Source: Candidatus Latescibacterota bacterium (GTDB lineage: Bacteria; Latescibacterota; UBA2968; UBA8231). From it: DNA of 64,000 nt. The position numbers were made by a program, and so were the translations under genes. Shown one piece after another: positions 9,603 to 19,500 of this stretch. Each line of letters starts with the position of its first letter. Positions within the stretch are counted from its first letter, which is position 1. Location of the stretch: positions 5,280,001-5,344,000 of the forward strand of contig CBDETY010000003.1 in assembly GCA_965243025.1 (NCBI GenBank), in the 5' to 3' direction. The notes below the pieces were generated by a model. That model made no database searches. It worked only from the letters and a program-made list of their open reading frames with translations, and had not been told where the DNA came from.

Positions 9603-10745
9603 CTAGCGGGGGCTCCGTCGGCGGTAGATCGCCCCCGACTTCACAACCGTGACCGGCTCGAGCACGCGGCTTGCGGTGCGGGAGTGGCCGTGGGCGTCGT
9701 CGAGCCGGAACTCCCCTTCGCGCAGCTCGAAAAGCACGGCGTCCCCCCAGGCCCCGCTTCGCAGCGTGCCGATCTCCCCCTCCATGCCGACGACCCCGGC
9801 TGGCACCGAGGTGACCTTGGCGATGCAGTCGTCGAGAGACAGCCCGAGGTGGAGGAACTTGTTGACGACGTTGGCCAAGTCGAAGACGGGGCCGTCGAGG
9901 TTGTAGACGTGCAGGTCGGAGGAGATCGAGGTCGGCTGCACCCCCTGCTCCAGGGCGGTCTCGACCACGCCCCAGGAGAAGGAGCCGGCCCCGTGGCCGA
10001 CGTCGAAAACCACCCCGCGGTCGAGGGCCTCGCGGACGGAGGCGCGGATCTTGCCGTCCTCGAGGATGCCGCAGGCCATGCCGTGGAAGCAGTGGGTGAG
10101 GATGTCCCCCTTCCCCATGTGGGCGAGGATGTCGTCGAGGGAGTCGCACCAGGCGGCCTGGGGGTGAACCATGATCGGCAGGCCGGCGGCGTCGGCCGCC
10201 TCGCGGGCGCGGTGCAGCGGCGTCATGCCCGAGCGCTCGCTGACGATGGTGTGCTTGGTGAGCCGCACCTTGACCCCGAGGATGACGTCGCGGTGGCGCT
10301 CGATCATGGCGCAGGTCTTGGCGACGTCGGCGTACTCGGGGATCTCGAACTCGCCGATCTCCTGGGTCAGCATCCCCTGGGTGGAGACGTTGATCTGGGC
10401 GAGGATGCGGGTGTCGCTGACGTCGATGACGAACTTGCGGAAACCGGGAAAGGTGTCGGCCCCGGCCGAGCCGGCGTCGACCACGGTGGTGGCGCCGCGC
10501 GCCAAGCAGGTCGAGTCCGGCTCGATGCCGTAGTGGCTGACCCCGGGAAAGACGTGGACGTGCAGGTCGATAAGGCCCGGGGTCAGGACGAGGCCGGCGG
10601 CGTCGACGACCTCGCGCGCCTCCCCCGCCGGCAGGTCGTCGGCCACCTCGACCACCCTGCCGCCGGCGAAGGCGACGTCCTTGCGGCCGTGGATTCCCCC
10701 GGCGGGATCGACGAGGGTGCCCCCTTTTATCAGCAGGTCGTTCAT
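9603..10745 (-). CDS. Amidohydrolase/deacetylase-family metallohydrolase (dihydroorotase-like)
   Basis: PGLIDLHVH, VVDAGSAG, MVH, THCFHG, FDVGHG and ISSDLH. Confidence 0.88.
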   Translation of the reverse strand: MNDLLIKGGTLVDPAGGIHGRKDVAFAGGRVVEVADDLPAGEAREVVDAAGLVLTPGLIDLHVHVFPGVSHYGIEPDSTCLARGATTVVDAGSAGADTFPGFRKFVIDVSDTRILAQINVSTQGMLTQEIGEFEIPEYADVAKTCAMIERHRDVILGVKVRLTKHTIVSERSGMTPLHRAREAADAAGLPIMVHPQAAWCDSLDDILAHMGKGDILTHCFHGMACGILEDGKIRASVREALDRGVVFDVGHGAGSFSWGVVETALEQGVQPTSISSDLHVYNLDGPVFDLANVVNKFLHLGLSLDDCIAKVTSVPAGVVGMEGEIGTLRSGAWGDAVLFELREGEFRLDDAHGHSRTASRVLEPVTVVKSGAIYRRRSPR

Positions 10746-10752
10746 CTCCGCA

Positions 10753-11874
10753 TCACCTCGTGGAAAAGCGGTACTCGGTCACCTGCCGGTAGGTCTCGCC
10801 TGGGCGCAGGATGACGCTGGGGAACTGCGGCTTGTTGACCGAGTCGGGGAAGTGCTGCGTCTCGAGGCAGAGCCCCTGGAAGCGCTGGTAGGTCACGCCC
10901 CCCTTCCCCGTGATCGGTTCCAGGTAGTAGCTGGTGTAGAGCTGCACCCCCGGCTCGGTGGTGAACAGCTGCATCACCCGGCCGCTTTCCGGGTCGAACG
11001 CCTCGGCGGAGAGCGCCGCCTCTTCGCCGCCGCCGTGATCGAGGACGTAGTTGTGGTCGTAGTGGACCAGGATCTTGTCGAGGCCGGCGCCGATCCGCTT
11101 GGGGCGGGTGAAGTCGAGGGGGGTGCCGGCGACCGGGACGATCTCCCCGGTCGGGATCCCTTCCTTCCCCCGCTCCGTCGCCATGGCCGCGTGGATGACC
11201 AGCTCGTGGCCGAAGATGTCCCCCGCGTCCCCCCCGGACAGGTTGAAGTAGCTGTGGTTGGTGAGGTTGACGGGGGTCGCCTTGTCGGTAGTCGCCTCGT
11301 ACTCGATGCGCATGCCGTCCGCCCCGGTGAGCACGTAGGTAACCGCTATCGACAGGTTGCCCGGGTACCCCTCCTCGCCGTCCGGGCTGAGATAGGTAAA
11401 GCGGACCGCCGGGCCGTCGGCGTGTTCGACCACCTCCCCGCTCCACAGCCTCTGGTGCAGGCCGACCTCCCCGCCGTGCAGGTGGTGCTCGCCGAAGTTG
11501 CGGGCCAGCTGGTAGGTCACCCCGTCGAGCACGAACTGCGCCCCGCTGATGCGATTGGCGACGCGGCCGGTGGTGCAGCCCATGTAGGGGGGGTTGGCCT
11601 CGTACTCGGCAGCCGTGTCGAACCCGAGCAGGACGTCGGCGAAGGCGCCGTCGCGGTCGCGGACGTGCAGCTCGGTCGCCGTCGCCCCGAGGGCTATGGT
11701 CCTGAGGATGGTGCCGTTGCCGTTGGTCAGGGTGAAGCGGTCGACGGCGCGGCCGTCGCTCATCGTTCCCAGGGTATCGCGGGTAACCGGGCTCACGTCT
11801 GATTCTCCGAAGGTGGGGTGGGGAACGCCGGCGCACAGAACCGCCAGAAGGGCGCCGGCCTGTCTCCAGTGCAT
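10753..11874 (-). CDS. galM: Aldose 1-epimerase (galactose mutarotase) with N-terminal signal peptide
   Basis: GRVANRI, HLHGG, NLTNHSYFNL, YDHNY and LETQHFPDSVN; hydrophobic N-terminus MHWRQAGALLAVLCAG. Confidence 0.92.
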   Translation of the reverse strand: MHWRQAGALLAVLCAGVPHPTFGESDVSPVTRDTLGTMSDGRAVDRFTLTNGNGTILRTIALGATATELHVRDRDGAFADVLLGFDTAAEYEANPPYMGCTTGRVANRISGAQFVLDGVTYQLARNFGEHHLHGGEVGLHQRLWSGEVVEHADGPAVRFTYLSPDGEEGYPGNLSIAVTYVLTGADGMRIEYEATTDKATPVNLTNHSYFNLSGGDAGDIFGHELVIHAAMATERGKEGIPTGEIVPVAGTPLDFTRPKRIGAGLDKILVHYDHNYVLDHGGGEEAALSAEAFDPESGRVMQLFTTEPGVQLYTSYYLEPITGKGGVTYQRFQGLCLETQHFPDSVNKPQFPSVILRPGETYRQVTEYRFSTR

Positions 11875-11980
11875 GCGATTTCTCCCGTCGGGTTGGGGAG
11901 GCAACAGGTTATTGCAACTCGGGATCGGGCAGTGAAACTGGAGGTTCAGATTTACAGGGTCGCCTCGAAGGGCGATTCCG

Positions 11981-13315
11981 TCAGGCCGTTGCTCGAATCT
12001 CCGGGTCTCCCGCCTCTGCCCGGTCCAGGAAATGGTGGTTGACGAGCACCGAGGTTACGGCCAGGGGGGATACGCCGAATCGCTCTGCGGCTTCCTCCCT
12101 TGCATCCTCCGAGAAATCCTCCTCCAGGAAACCGACCAAGCTCTCGACGGGACACAGAAGCTCCGCGGCGAATGCGCGCTGCATTTTCTGCCGGTAAGTA
12201 TAGGCGCCGGTCGCTGGACGGAGGCGGTCCTGCGTAGGGACCACCAAGCTGTCGGCGAGCAGGCGCGCTACCTCAAAGCGCCTTCCGGTTTTCCATTTCG
12301 AGCGCAGGACGGCGCGGCTTCCTCGATCTCCCTCATGAAGTGCGAAAGCCATTTCACCGTTGGCGCTGCCATCGGCTAATGCTTTTTTCTCAACGCCGTA
12401 CAACTCGGCAAGTCGATGGTCCGATACCGGATCGTCTCCCAGCCCCTCTCTTCGTCGCAAGGTGTTTGCCGCACCGGCACCGATCTGCCAGGGGGCCCAG
12501 TCTCTAAAACCGTTCCAGGAATCTGTCTGCGTCTCCGGCCTGTCCTTGGGAGCGATGTCGAAGCCCGAACGTCCTCGTGCTGTCTCCTGGAAAGTTTCCG
12601 CAGTCAGAAACCGGTCCGCGACCACTTCGGTCATAGCTGCACTTCCCAGCGTGTCGCCGTCGGCAATGACCTGCTCGACCTGCCCCGGGTCGGCTTCGTC
12701 CACATCGAAGCCAAGGCAGGCCTCGATCTTCCGGTACATGGTTGATTCCGGGTCGTTTCGCTCGGCAGTCAACTCCTCCCATGCCGTGCAAAGGTCGTTG
12801 CCGAGGACAGACCATTCACCGAGCCGCTCGAGAACGCGTCCTACCAGGTCATCCACCCCGGCCTCGAATGTATCGACCGGTATCACACTGGTCTGATCGG
12901 CAATGTAGCGCAGCAGCTCCGTGGGTGTCTCCCGGGACGGCCGGGAATCTAGCACGACCCGTAAGCCATCGGACTTGATCGTGACATTCGGCCACAGCCA
13001 TCCTCCACCAATGCCGGCCAGTTCATGGGCTTGGCGCCAACCCGTGCTCCTGTCCCGTTGGAGATTCTGATGCGCAGGCTCCCAGCGAAGACGCCACCAG
13101 TTCCAGGTCAACCATTCCGCCAATCGATAGGCAGAGAGATTGGCCCCGTTCTGCACCTGCCGTGTTTCGAGATTAACCACTTGGGTAAAAGCGGTTTTAT
13201 CGATCTCGATGAATACCTCGGCAAGGGTCGCCTCGTCTTCAACCGGGTCAGGCATCATGGTGATGTCCGAACCCGGTTCACGACACCATTCGGCTGCGAT
13301 ACGGAAGGTCGTCAT
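11981..13315 (-). CDS. ImmA/IrrE (DUF955)-like protein with degenerate zinc-peptidase motif
   Basis: C-terminal RRFEVARLLAD...QRAFAAELLCP...AERFGVS resembles IrrE-type RFTxAHELGH...AxxFAAxLLxP but lacks HEXXH; ATG at 13315 overlaps the upstream stop (ATGA). Confidence 0.65.
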   Translation of the reverse strand: MTTFRIAAEWCREPGSDITMMPDPVEDEATLAEVFIEIDKTAFTQVVNLETRQVQNGANLSAYRLAEWLTWNWWRLRWEPAHQNLQRDRSTGWRQAHELAGIGGGWLWPNVTIKSDGLRVVLDSRPSRETPTELLRYIADQTSVIPVDTFEAGVDDLVGRVLERLGEWSVLGNDLCTAWEELTAERNDPESTMYRKIEACLGFDVDEADPGQVEQVIADGDTLGSAAMTEVVADRFLTAETFQETARGRSGFDIAPKDRPETQTDSWNGFRDWAPWQIGAGAANTLRRREGLGDDPVSDHRLAELYGVEKKALADGSANGEMAFALHEGDRGSRAVLRSKWKTGRRFEVARLLADSLVVPTQDRLRPATGAYTYRQKMQRAFAAELLCPVESLVGFLEEDFSEDAREEAAERFGVSPLAVTSVLVNHHFLDRAEAGDPEIRATA

Positions 13316-13916
13316 GTCCGGCGGTTTTCCCATTCATCACCGATAAAATCGGCGAAGCTGTCGCCCCTTTTCATCGGGTACCCGTGATACTGCCCGCGTT
13401 CTTTGTTGCTGAGTTGGGCTTCGTAGACAACGCCGTCGCCATCGACGGCCCAGACGTTTTGCGGCCAATTGTTCCGCCTTTTCTCACTTACCATTCCTCG
13501 CTGGAACCCGGACTTCAGCAGATCAGTTGCATTCAGGCAATCAGCCGAGCCCGGCGCGTCGCAGATCGTTTTGCCTGGAATAGGTTTCGGAGCCTCCTGC
13601 AAGCCTGAGGAACCCGGACGAGACTTGTGATACTGGCTAGTGCCCCGTCGCAGAAATATGTCGACATTGGGACGCCGATCCATCCCGGCTCACGGCGTTG
13701 CCTTCGCTCGCCGTACACCCTCGGTACGACTCGCTCAGGCGCCTTGTGAGCCGGGCGCCTCGGCATCCCAATTTTGTCAATCTATCTCTGCGACGGGACA
13801 CTAGGGCAGTAGATGCAATTAGTTTCCATCAGTTCTAACTCGTCGGGGCTGATCGAACCGGCTGCCGCCAGCACGGCTTTCGGCTTCTGTTTGCTGCGCT
13901 TTTGGGGTCTTCTCAC
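13312..13916 (-). pseudogene. Small toxin-like gene interrupted by a MITE (146 aa when the MITE is removed)
   Basis: GTG at 13916 with GAAGGGA RBS gives VRRPQKRSK...NCIYCPS. Deleting 164 bp (MITE plus one CTAG) joins in frame to QYHKSRPG...WAVDGDGVVYEA...YHGYP; 605-164=441 bp. Confidence 0.75.
13637..13804. mobile_element. MITE / non-autonomous IS derivative: 160-bp imperfect palindrome flanked by CTAG
   Basis: CTAG at 13637-40 and 13801-04; terminal inverted repeats TGCCCCGTCGCAGAAATA and (reverse complement) TGTCCCGTCGCAGAGATA, 16/18 identical; inner arms TTGGGA(C/T)GCCGA..CCCGGCTCAC also pair. Confidence 0.85.
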
Positions 13917-14018
13917 CCGCAGGTCCCTTCGCTTCCAGTCGCGACAGATGTTAAATATAGCGACAACCAACGCCTATTCTGACGGTTAAACTGCTGAATT
14001 TGCTACTTTGGCCTTGCT

Positions 14019-14801
14019 TCACTCCCTCGGCAACGCCCGCAGCAATCCCCGCTCGATCAGCCCCCGGAAATGCATCGTCACGCTCGCCGCCAGGGCGCGG
14101 TCCCGCACCACCAGCCCCATCTCGATGTTCCGGTCCAACGCCGCCTCGGTCAGGTTCGCCGAGGTGATGAACACCGACTCTTCATCCGCCACCACCGCCT
14201 TGGCATGCAGCACACCCGCAGGGCCGTCCGGCTCGAGTGACCTGGGATCGTAGAACACCTCCGGGCGCCGCTCTCCCGGCCAGTCCTCGGACCAGAAGCG
14301 GTCGGCGAACCGCCTCACCAGATGTTCCTGCTCCGTGGTATCCCTGTCGCCGCGCTGGACGTTGAGCAGCAGTTTCACCTGCAAGGTCTCCACTTCGTCC
14401 ATTCGCTTCGCCAGCACCTCGAAGGCCCGCTGTCCATCGAAGTAGGCGTACGTCGACGCCCAGACCGACTTCACCGCTTGGCCCAGCATTTCCTCGTACA
14501 CCCGCCGCGTGTCCCTGGCGTGCAGCCCCGGCACTTCCGGGCCCGACCAGACCAGATCCGGTGCAGGCACCCGGGCTACCCCCTCTTCGACCGCTCGGAT
14601 CCAGGCACCTGCCGCCTTCCCGTCAATACCATTGGCGCTCAATTCTTCCACTAATGCGATCACCTCCCCGGCCCCCTCGCGCAGGTTGAGCACCGAATTG
14701 ACTGCGGCAGCTGTGCAGGGAAGCGGCAGCATGCCCGACTCCAGTGCGCTAGCCAGGCCGCGGCGCACGTGGGCGGGAAGTCGAAACAGGGATTCGGTCA
14801 C
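14019..14801 (-). CDS. drmC: DISARM phospholipase D-like nuclease DrmC
   Basis: LVWSGP, single HKD motif (LHAKAVVAD) and TSANLT...NIEMG; GTG start overlaps the drmB stop. Confidence 0.9.
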   Translation of the reverse strand: MTESLFRLPAHVRRGLASALESGMLPLPCTAAAVNSVLNLREGAGEVIALVEELSANGIDGKAAGAWIRAVEEGVARVPAPDLVWSGPEVPGLHARDTRRVYEEMLGQAVKSVWASTYAYFDGQRAFEVLAKRMDEVETLQVKLLLNVQRGDRDTTEQEHLVRRFADRFWSEDWPGERRPEVFYDPRSLEPDGPAGVLHAKAVVADEESVFITSANLTEAALDRNIEMGLVVRDRALAASVTMHFRGLIERGLLRALPRE

Positions 14802-16588
14802 CCGGGCGGCTCGAAGAAAGCCGCGCCCGTCACTCCCATGACCGGCACGACGAGGGCGCGGTCCAGGTAGTCGTTCCGCATCTCGCAGGAGGTCTCCGCC
14901 ACGAGAGCGCATCCATGGCAGGCGGCACCGTGAAGCAATCTCCCTTCGATGCTTTCACCCGGCTGGTGGTGTGCGCAGATCGGGTCGTTCGAGCACAGCT
15001 CGCTCATGAGAAGCGCCTGGAACAGGTGGTCCTCGATGTGCCGGCCCTGCTGGACCAGACCGCCGAGAGTCCCTTCCGCGTCCGGGCTTGCGGTGTAGAG
15101 GAGCAGGCCGTAGTCCTCGCCCGAACCGCCGACGTAAATCCGTTCGCGGATCGAGCTCGCGGGATATCCGCAGCGCATTGCCAGCGACTGGATCATCAGA
15201 TGGGAGAGCGAATGCAAAAGCAGGTACGGACCTCCCGGGAAGGGCCTTTCCAACTCCCGCTTCTCCATCCAGCGCCGGTGTCCGCGTTTCAACTGATCCA
15301 ACCGTTCCTGGACGGTATCTCTCGCGAGCCATGCCCGCACCGCTTCAGGACGAAGCTGCAGGAAGATCCCTTCCCCGCGGTTTTCCGTAGCTGGAAACCA
15401 CTCCGGCTCCACGGCCAGCTGTGCGAGCTCAACGTCGGTGTCGTACTCGCCGTTGATGTCCGGCATCACCGCCTCGAACCGGGAGAAAGCTGTCAGCGCC
15501 CGCACTTCCCGCAGCCGGTGCAGTTGGATCACGGCGGCGATTCCAGAGGAGAATTCCGAACTTCGCCAAAGCGGCTCCGGAAGCCGCCGGGCGTGAAAGT
15601 CCGGATCGACCGGCACGTCGTCGCCGTGTCCCTCGGGCGCGGCGAGGATGGCCTCCAGCTCGACCTGTTTCACGGGACGGTCTTCGCTGCTTCCGGTCTT
15701 GATTTCCCTGATGGCCTGGAGGACTTCCTGGTCGTCGAAACCTGCGAGGATCTCGGCGACCTTCGGCTTCCTCTTCACGAACGCCAGCTCTCCGGCTTCC
15801 TCGACTATCGACAGGTCGTCCCAGAGTTCCCGCACCGCCTGCCCGACGTCGCTTCCCCGGTCCGGAAGGGAGAGCACGCTGACCACCTGCGGGAAGTAGG
15901 CGTTGGAGGCCGTCCGGATCAGGAGCCGGCTCGGCTGACCGCAGGCCTCGTTGGCATTGCGTCCCAGCCAGGGTCTGGCCCCCTGGCAGGTACCGAGGGG
16001 ATTCATCTCCAGCTGCGTTGCCTCCGACAAGCTCCTGCGCTTCCCGCATCCACACCGGACGACCAGGTCCCCAAGGTCTCCCCCGGTACTGCGCTCATCC
16101 AGCCACAACTGCCTCTTGCAGGGGAGGCTCCCTTTATGCACGAAGTACCACCAGTCCAGGTCGTCCACATGTCCGTTCGGGCATGCCCGGACAAATCGGG
16201 TGGCGACCACCTCGTGGCCGTCGAACCGCCCCCTCTGATCCAACCCCTTTCGATGCACCAGCCGGCGTGATTGCTCCCGGTTGTCGCCATCTCCCCCTTC
16301 CTGCACAACGAACCACTCGGGAAAGCGCCAGACCCCGATTCCCCTGACGGGCTGGCTCGGATCGGTCGACTCCGGCGGCGGCGCGTACAGCCTCGGGGCC
16401 GCCACACCGGTCATGTTCCGGACTTTCCGCTCCAGTCTCGGCTCCAGGATTTCTTCGAGGTCGCCGGTCCTCGGCCAGCTATCCAAACCGCCGACAATCG
16501 CGGAGTCCTGGGGCAGATCGATCAGCGCCCCGGGCCCGAAGCTTGTGATAACTTGGCTGCTGCGGATCTGTCCGTGCGCCTGGTTCAT
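14798..16588 (-). CDS. drmB: DISARM DUF1998 protein DrmB
   Basis: RSSQVITSFGPGA, LLHSLSH, GTLGGL and Zn-binding CSNDPIC...ACHGC...SCE; 4-bp overlap with drmA. Confidence 0.92.
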   Translation of the reverse strand: MNQAHGQIRSSQVITSFGPGALIDLPQDSAIVGGLDSWPRTGDLEEILEPRLERKVRNMTGVAAPRLYAPPPESTDPSQPVRGIGVWRFPEWFVVQEGGDGDNREQSRRLVHRKGLDQRGRFDGHEVVATRFVRACPNGHVDDLDWWYFVHKGSLPCKRQLWLDERSTGGDLGDLVVRCGCGKRRSLSEATQLEMNPLGTCQGARPWLGRNANEACGQPSRLLIRTASNAYFPQVVSVLSLPDRGSDVGQAVRELWDDLSIVEEAGELAFVKRKPKVAEILAGFDDQEVLQAIREIKTGSSEDRPVKQVELEAILAAPEGHGDDVPVDPDFHARRLPEPLWRSSEFSSGIAAVIQLHRLREVRALTAFSRFEAVMPDINGEYDTDVELAQLAVEPEWFPATENRGEGIFLQLRPEAVRAWLARDTVQERLDQLKRGHRRWMEKRELERPFPGGPYLLLHSLSHLMIQSLAMRCGYPASSIRERIYVGGSGEDYGLLLYTASPDAEGTLGGLVQQGRHIEDHLFQALLMSELCSNDPICAHHQPGESIEGRLLHGAACHGCALVAETSCEMRNDYLDRALVVPVMGVTGAAFFEPPG

Positions 16589-19500
16589 CTGTCCGTTTTT
16601 TCCCGGGCTCCACCCAAGTCTTTCAGGAACAGGTTCACGTTGGGCTCAACGTCCCTCATGGAACGGTTTGCCCGGAATTTCGCGTGGTGCTCGGTTTCGA
16701 AATCCTTGTCGAGGATTTCGCGAAGCAACGGCCGTGGCCGCCGTTGCCCCGGGATTTCGTAGCGCTGATACTGGACCTCGACTCCGGCCGACTGGTAGTC
16801 GTCGATCACCTTGGTCCAGGAGTCGAGCAGGTCGACGACGCGGTTCTGCACGCTGCGCAAATACTGTTCGCGCTCTTCCTCGTCCGTGATCGGCTGGCTC
16901 CGCACCCGTTCGAGGAAGGCATCGAGCAGCATGGGCTCCAGTTCAGCCCGGATGTCGCCGATCCGTTTCACTTCCATTGCCGGCGTCAGCTCGGCCCGCC
17001 CGTGCCGGGCGAGCGTTACCAGGGCCCCGGCGAACCCCCTGTCCAGGGCGCGGGCCGAAAACGGCGTGACGCTGCCGACCTCGACGGAGCGGTAGAAGGT
17101 CTCGTGGTAGTGGCGGAAACGCTCGTAGTGAGATCGGTCCCTGGGCTTGTGGATGTTGAGCAGACTAACCACCAGGCCGGGCCGTTCGTCGTCGCGGCCG
17201 ATCCGGCTGGTGGCCTGGATGTACTCGTCGTGGCGCAGGGGCTGTCCGAGCACCACCATCAGACCGAGCCGTTGAATGTCCAGCCCCACGGAGATCATGT
17301 TGGTGGCGATTGCGCAGTCGACGCGGTCATTCTCGTGGAAGCCCAATCCCAGCCGCCGGCGGGCTTCGGCCACCTTGTCCGTGGAGACGCGCGACGTCAG
17401 CTCCACCACCTCGGAGAAGGTTCTCCGGTCCCGGAACAGCCCGGTCGTTTCACCGATTCGCTTGCGGATTCCGTACCCCTTGATGGTGTTCTGGATTTCC
17501 TCTTCGAGGATGCGCCGGGCGCCGCCCAACTCCTTCAGGCTGTTGAAATAACCCAGCACCGTCATGTACGGGTCGGCGGGGTTCTCTTCGTTGCGGCGGC
17601 CCCCCGCTTCCATGTAAGCCTTCTGGGCGGTTCCCATGAGCGCCAGCCACGCCCGGCGCATAAGCACCTTCGGGTTCCTGCCCTGGGCGGCGATTCCCAC
17701 GTATACCCGGCCCGGCACCTTGGAGGTCGTTTCCGTGCGAGCAAAGAAGGAGTCGCGCCGGTCTGGCCCGGGGGCGGGGAAGACCTGTGTCAGCGAGCGG
17801 CCGAATAGCGCCTGGATCTGGTCCTGCGCCTGCCTGACGGTGGCTGTGGAAGCAATGATCTTTGGGCGAAAGGCATTCCCTCCGGTCCCGCGCACGCAAA
17901 GAGCTTCGATCGCCGCTTCGTACAGTCCGGCAATCGTTCCCAAAGGCCCGGAGATCAGGTGCAGCTCGTCCTGGATCACCAGGTCGGGGGGCAGCAGCGG
18001 AGCCGGCAGCCGGGTTGCTCTTTCTGTATCCGTGGCGCCGTAGAACCCCCTCCCGTCATATCGGTCCGCCCCGCCGAGAAGACCGCCGGAGGGTCCCATC
18101 CAGGGCAGCGATGCGAACTTGTCCACCGTGGCGATCAGAAAGGCCGGCAACCTCCGGTAGATCGGCTCGTCCACGGCCAGGATCGGCAGCGCACGGTCGC
18201 CGCTGAACTCGCACTCGAAGTTCATGCACACGATGCGCAACTCGCGCGGCTGGTCATCGTTGGGAAGCAGCGCGAACGAGTCGGGTCCGAACGGTTCTCC
18301 GCACCAAGGGCAGCTCTCCAACGGGACCGGCGACGGCTTTCCTCTCGGGTCTGCTTTGTACTGCCTGACCTTGGTGCGCGCCGAATCCGACCGGCCGTCA
18401 CCTTTTTTCCCGAGGAGGTTGGGCGTTGCCGCCTTGCCCACCCAGAGCCCGATCTCGAAGGGCCAGTCGCCGTAGCGGCCTTCCGCCTCGGTACGCTCCA
18501 GCTCCAGTGCACAGACCAGACCCGAGGCGCGCGCGAGCTGATCGAGGGTCAGAAGTCGCAGGGTGTAGCGCATGATCACGCTTACGCCGGCGCCGGCCCG
18601 TCCCTGCGCATCCGGATGGCGCAGTCTTCTCAGCACCATGGCAAACGCCGCAAGGCCGAGATACGCTTCGGTCTTTCCGCCGCCGGTGGGGAAGAACAGC
18701 AGGTCGACCGTTTCGCGATGCTGGTCGGCAGGGTCAATCAGCCCGGGGAGATTCAGCAGGATGAAGGCCAGCTGAAAAGGCCGCCAGCTCGGCTCTTCGA
18801 TTTCCAGACGCTGGCGGAGCGCCCGGGCAACTGCCCGGTTAGCCACCCGGAAGGAATCGAGCGCGTCTTCGTCGGCCGCCAACACCGCGATCCCTCGCCC
18901 GATCCGGTCAGCTGCGAGGTCTGCCAACCGCAGCAGTTCTACGGCTGTCTCACGCCGCGTATCCTCCAAGTCCTCGACGCTCTCCCGCCGGGCAAGAACC
19001 CAGGCGCGGTACTGGTCGACGAGGGGCCGTAAAGCGTCCTCGGCTGCCGCCCCGTCGGGCAGCGAGCCAAGGGTTTCCATGGCCAGTTCGACACCCGGCA
19101 CCTCGGCGGTCTCCGTCTTTTCCACCTCGGCACGGGGGATCCACGCAGTCCGCAGGAGGTGACACTCCCCGTCGAGGATCTCCCAGTCTGCCGATACACC
19201 ATGGCCAGTAGCGTACGAGGGTGTGTCCGAGTAATGGAGATCGGCCACTCGATCATCCCACTGATTCGCGCGCGTTCCCCGCAAATCCGGCCGCGGAACA
19301 AACGGGCGCCCACCGTCGACTTCAAGCTCAGGCTGAAAGACATAGGCGCGGTCTACATCGGTCTCCAAAGGGGCCCGGTTGTTGACCAGAAAAACGGAAA
19401 CCGACCGCGTCCCAGGGGGTATGTGTTCTTCGAGGTCCTGCGCGACGACCCTGCGCTGGACAACATGGAGCTGGAGACCGCCCGACTCCGGGACGTCGCA

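Noticed and set aside
9311-9603. AT-rich patch between convergent genes as an ncRNA
   Set aside because: No recognisable RNA family motif or convincing structure by eye.
13533-13766. 77-aa ORF as an independent gene or the true N-terminus of the toxin-like gene
   Set aside because: It starts inside the MITE; the real N-terminus lies beyond the second CTAG.
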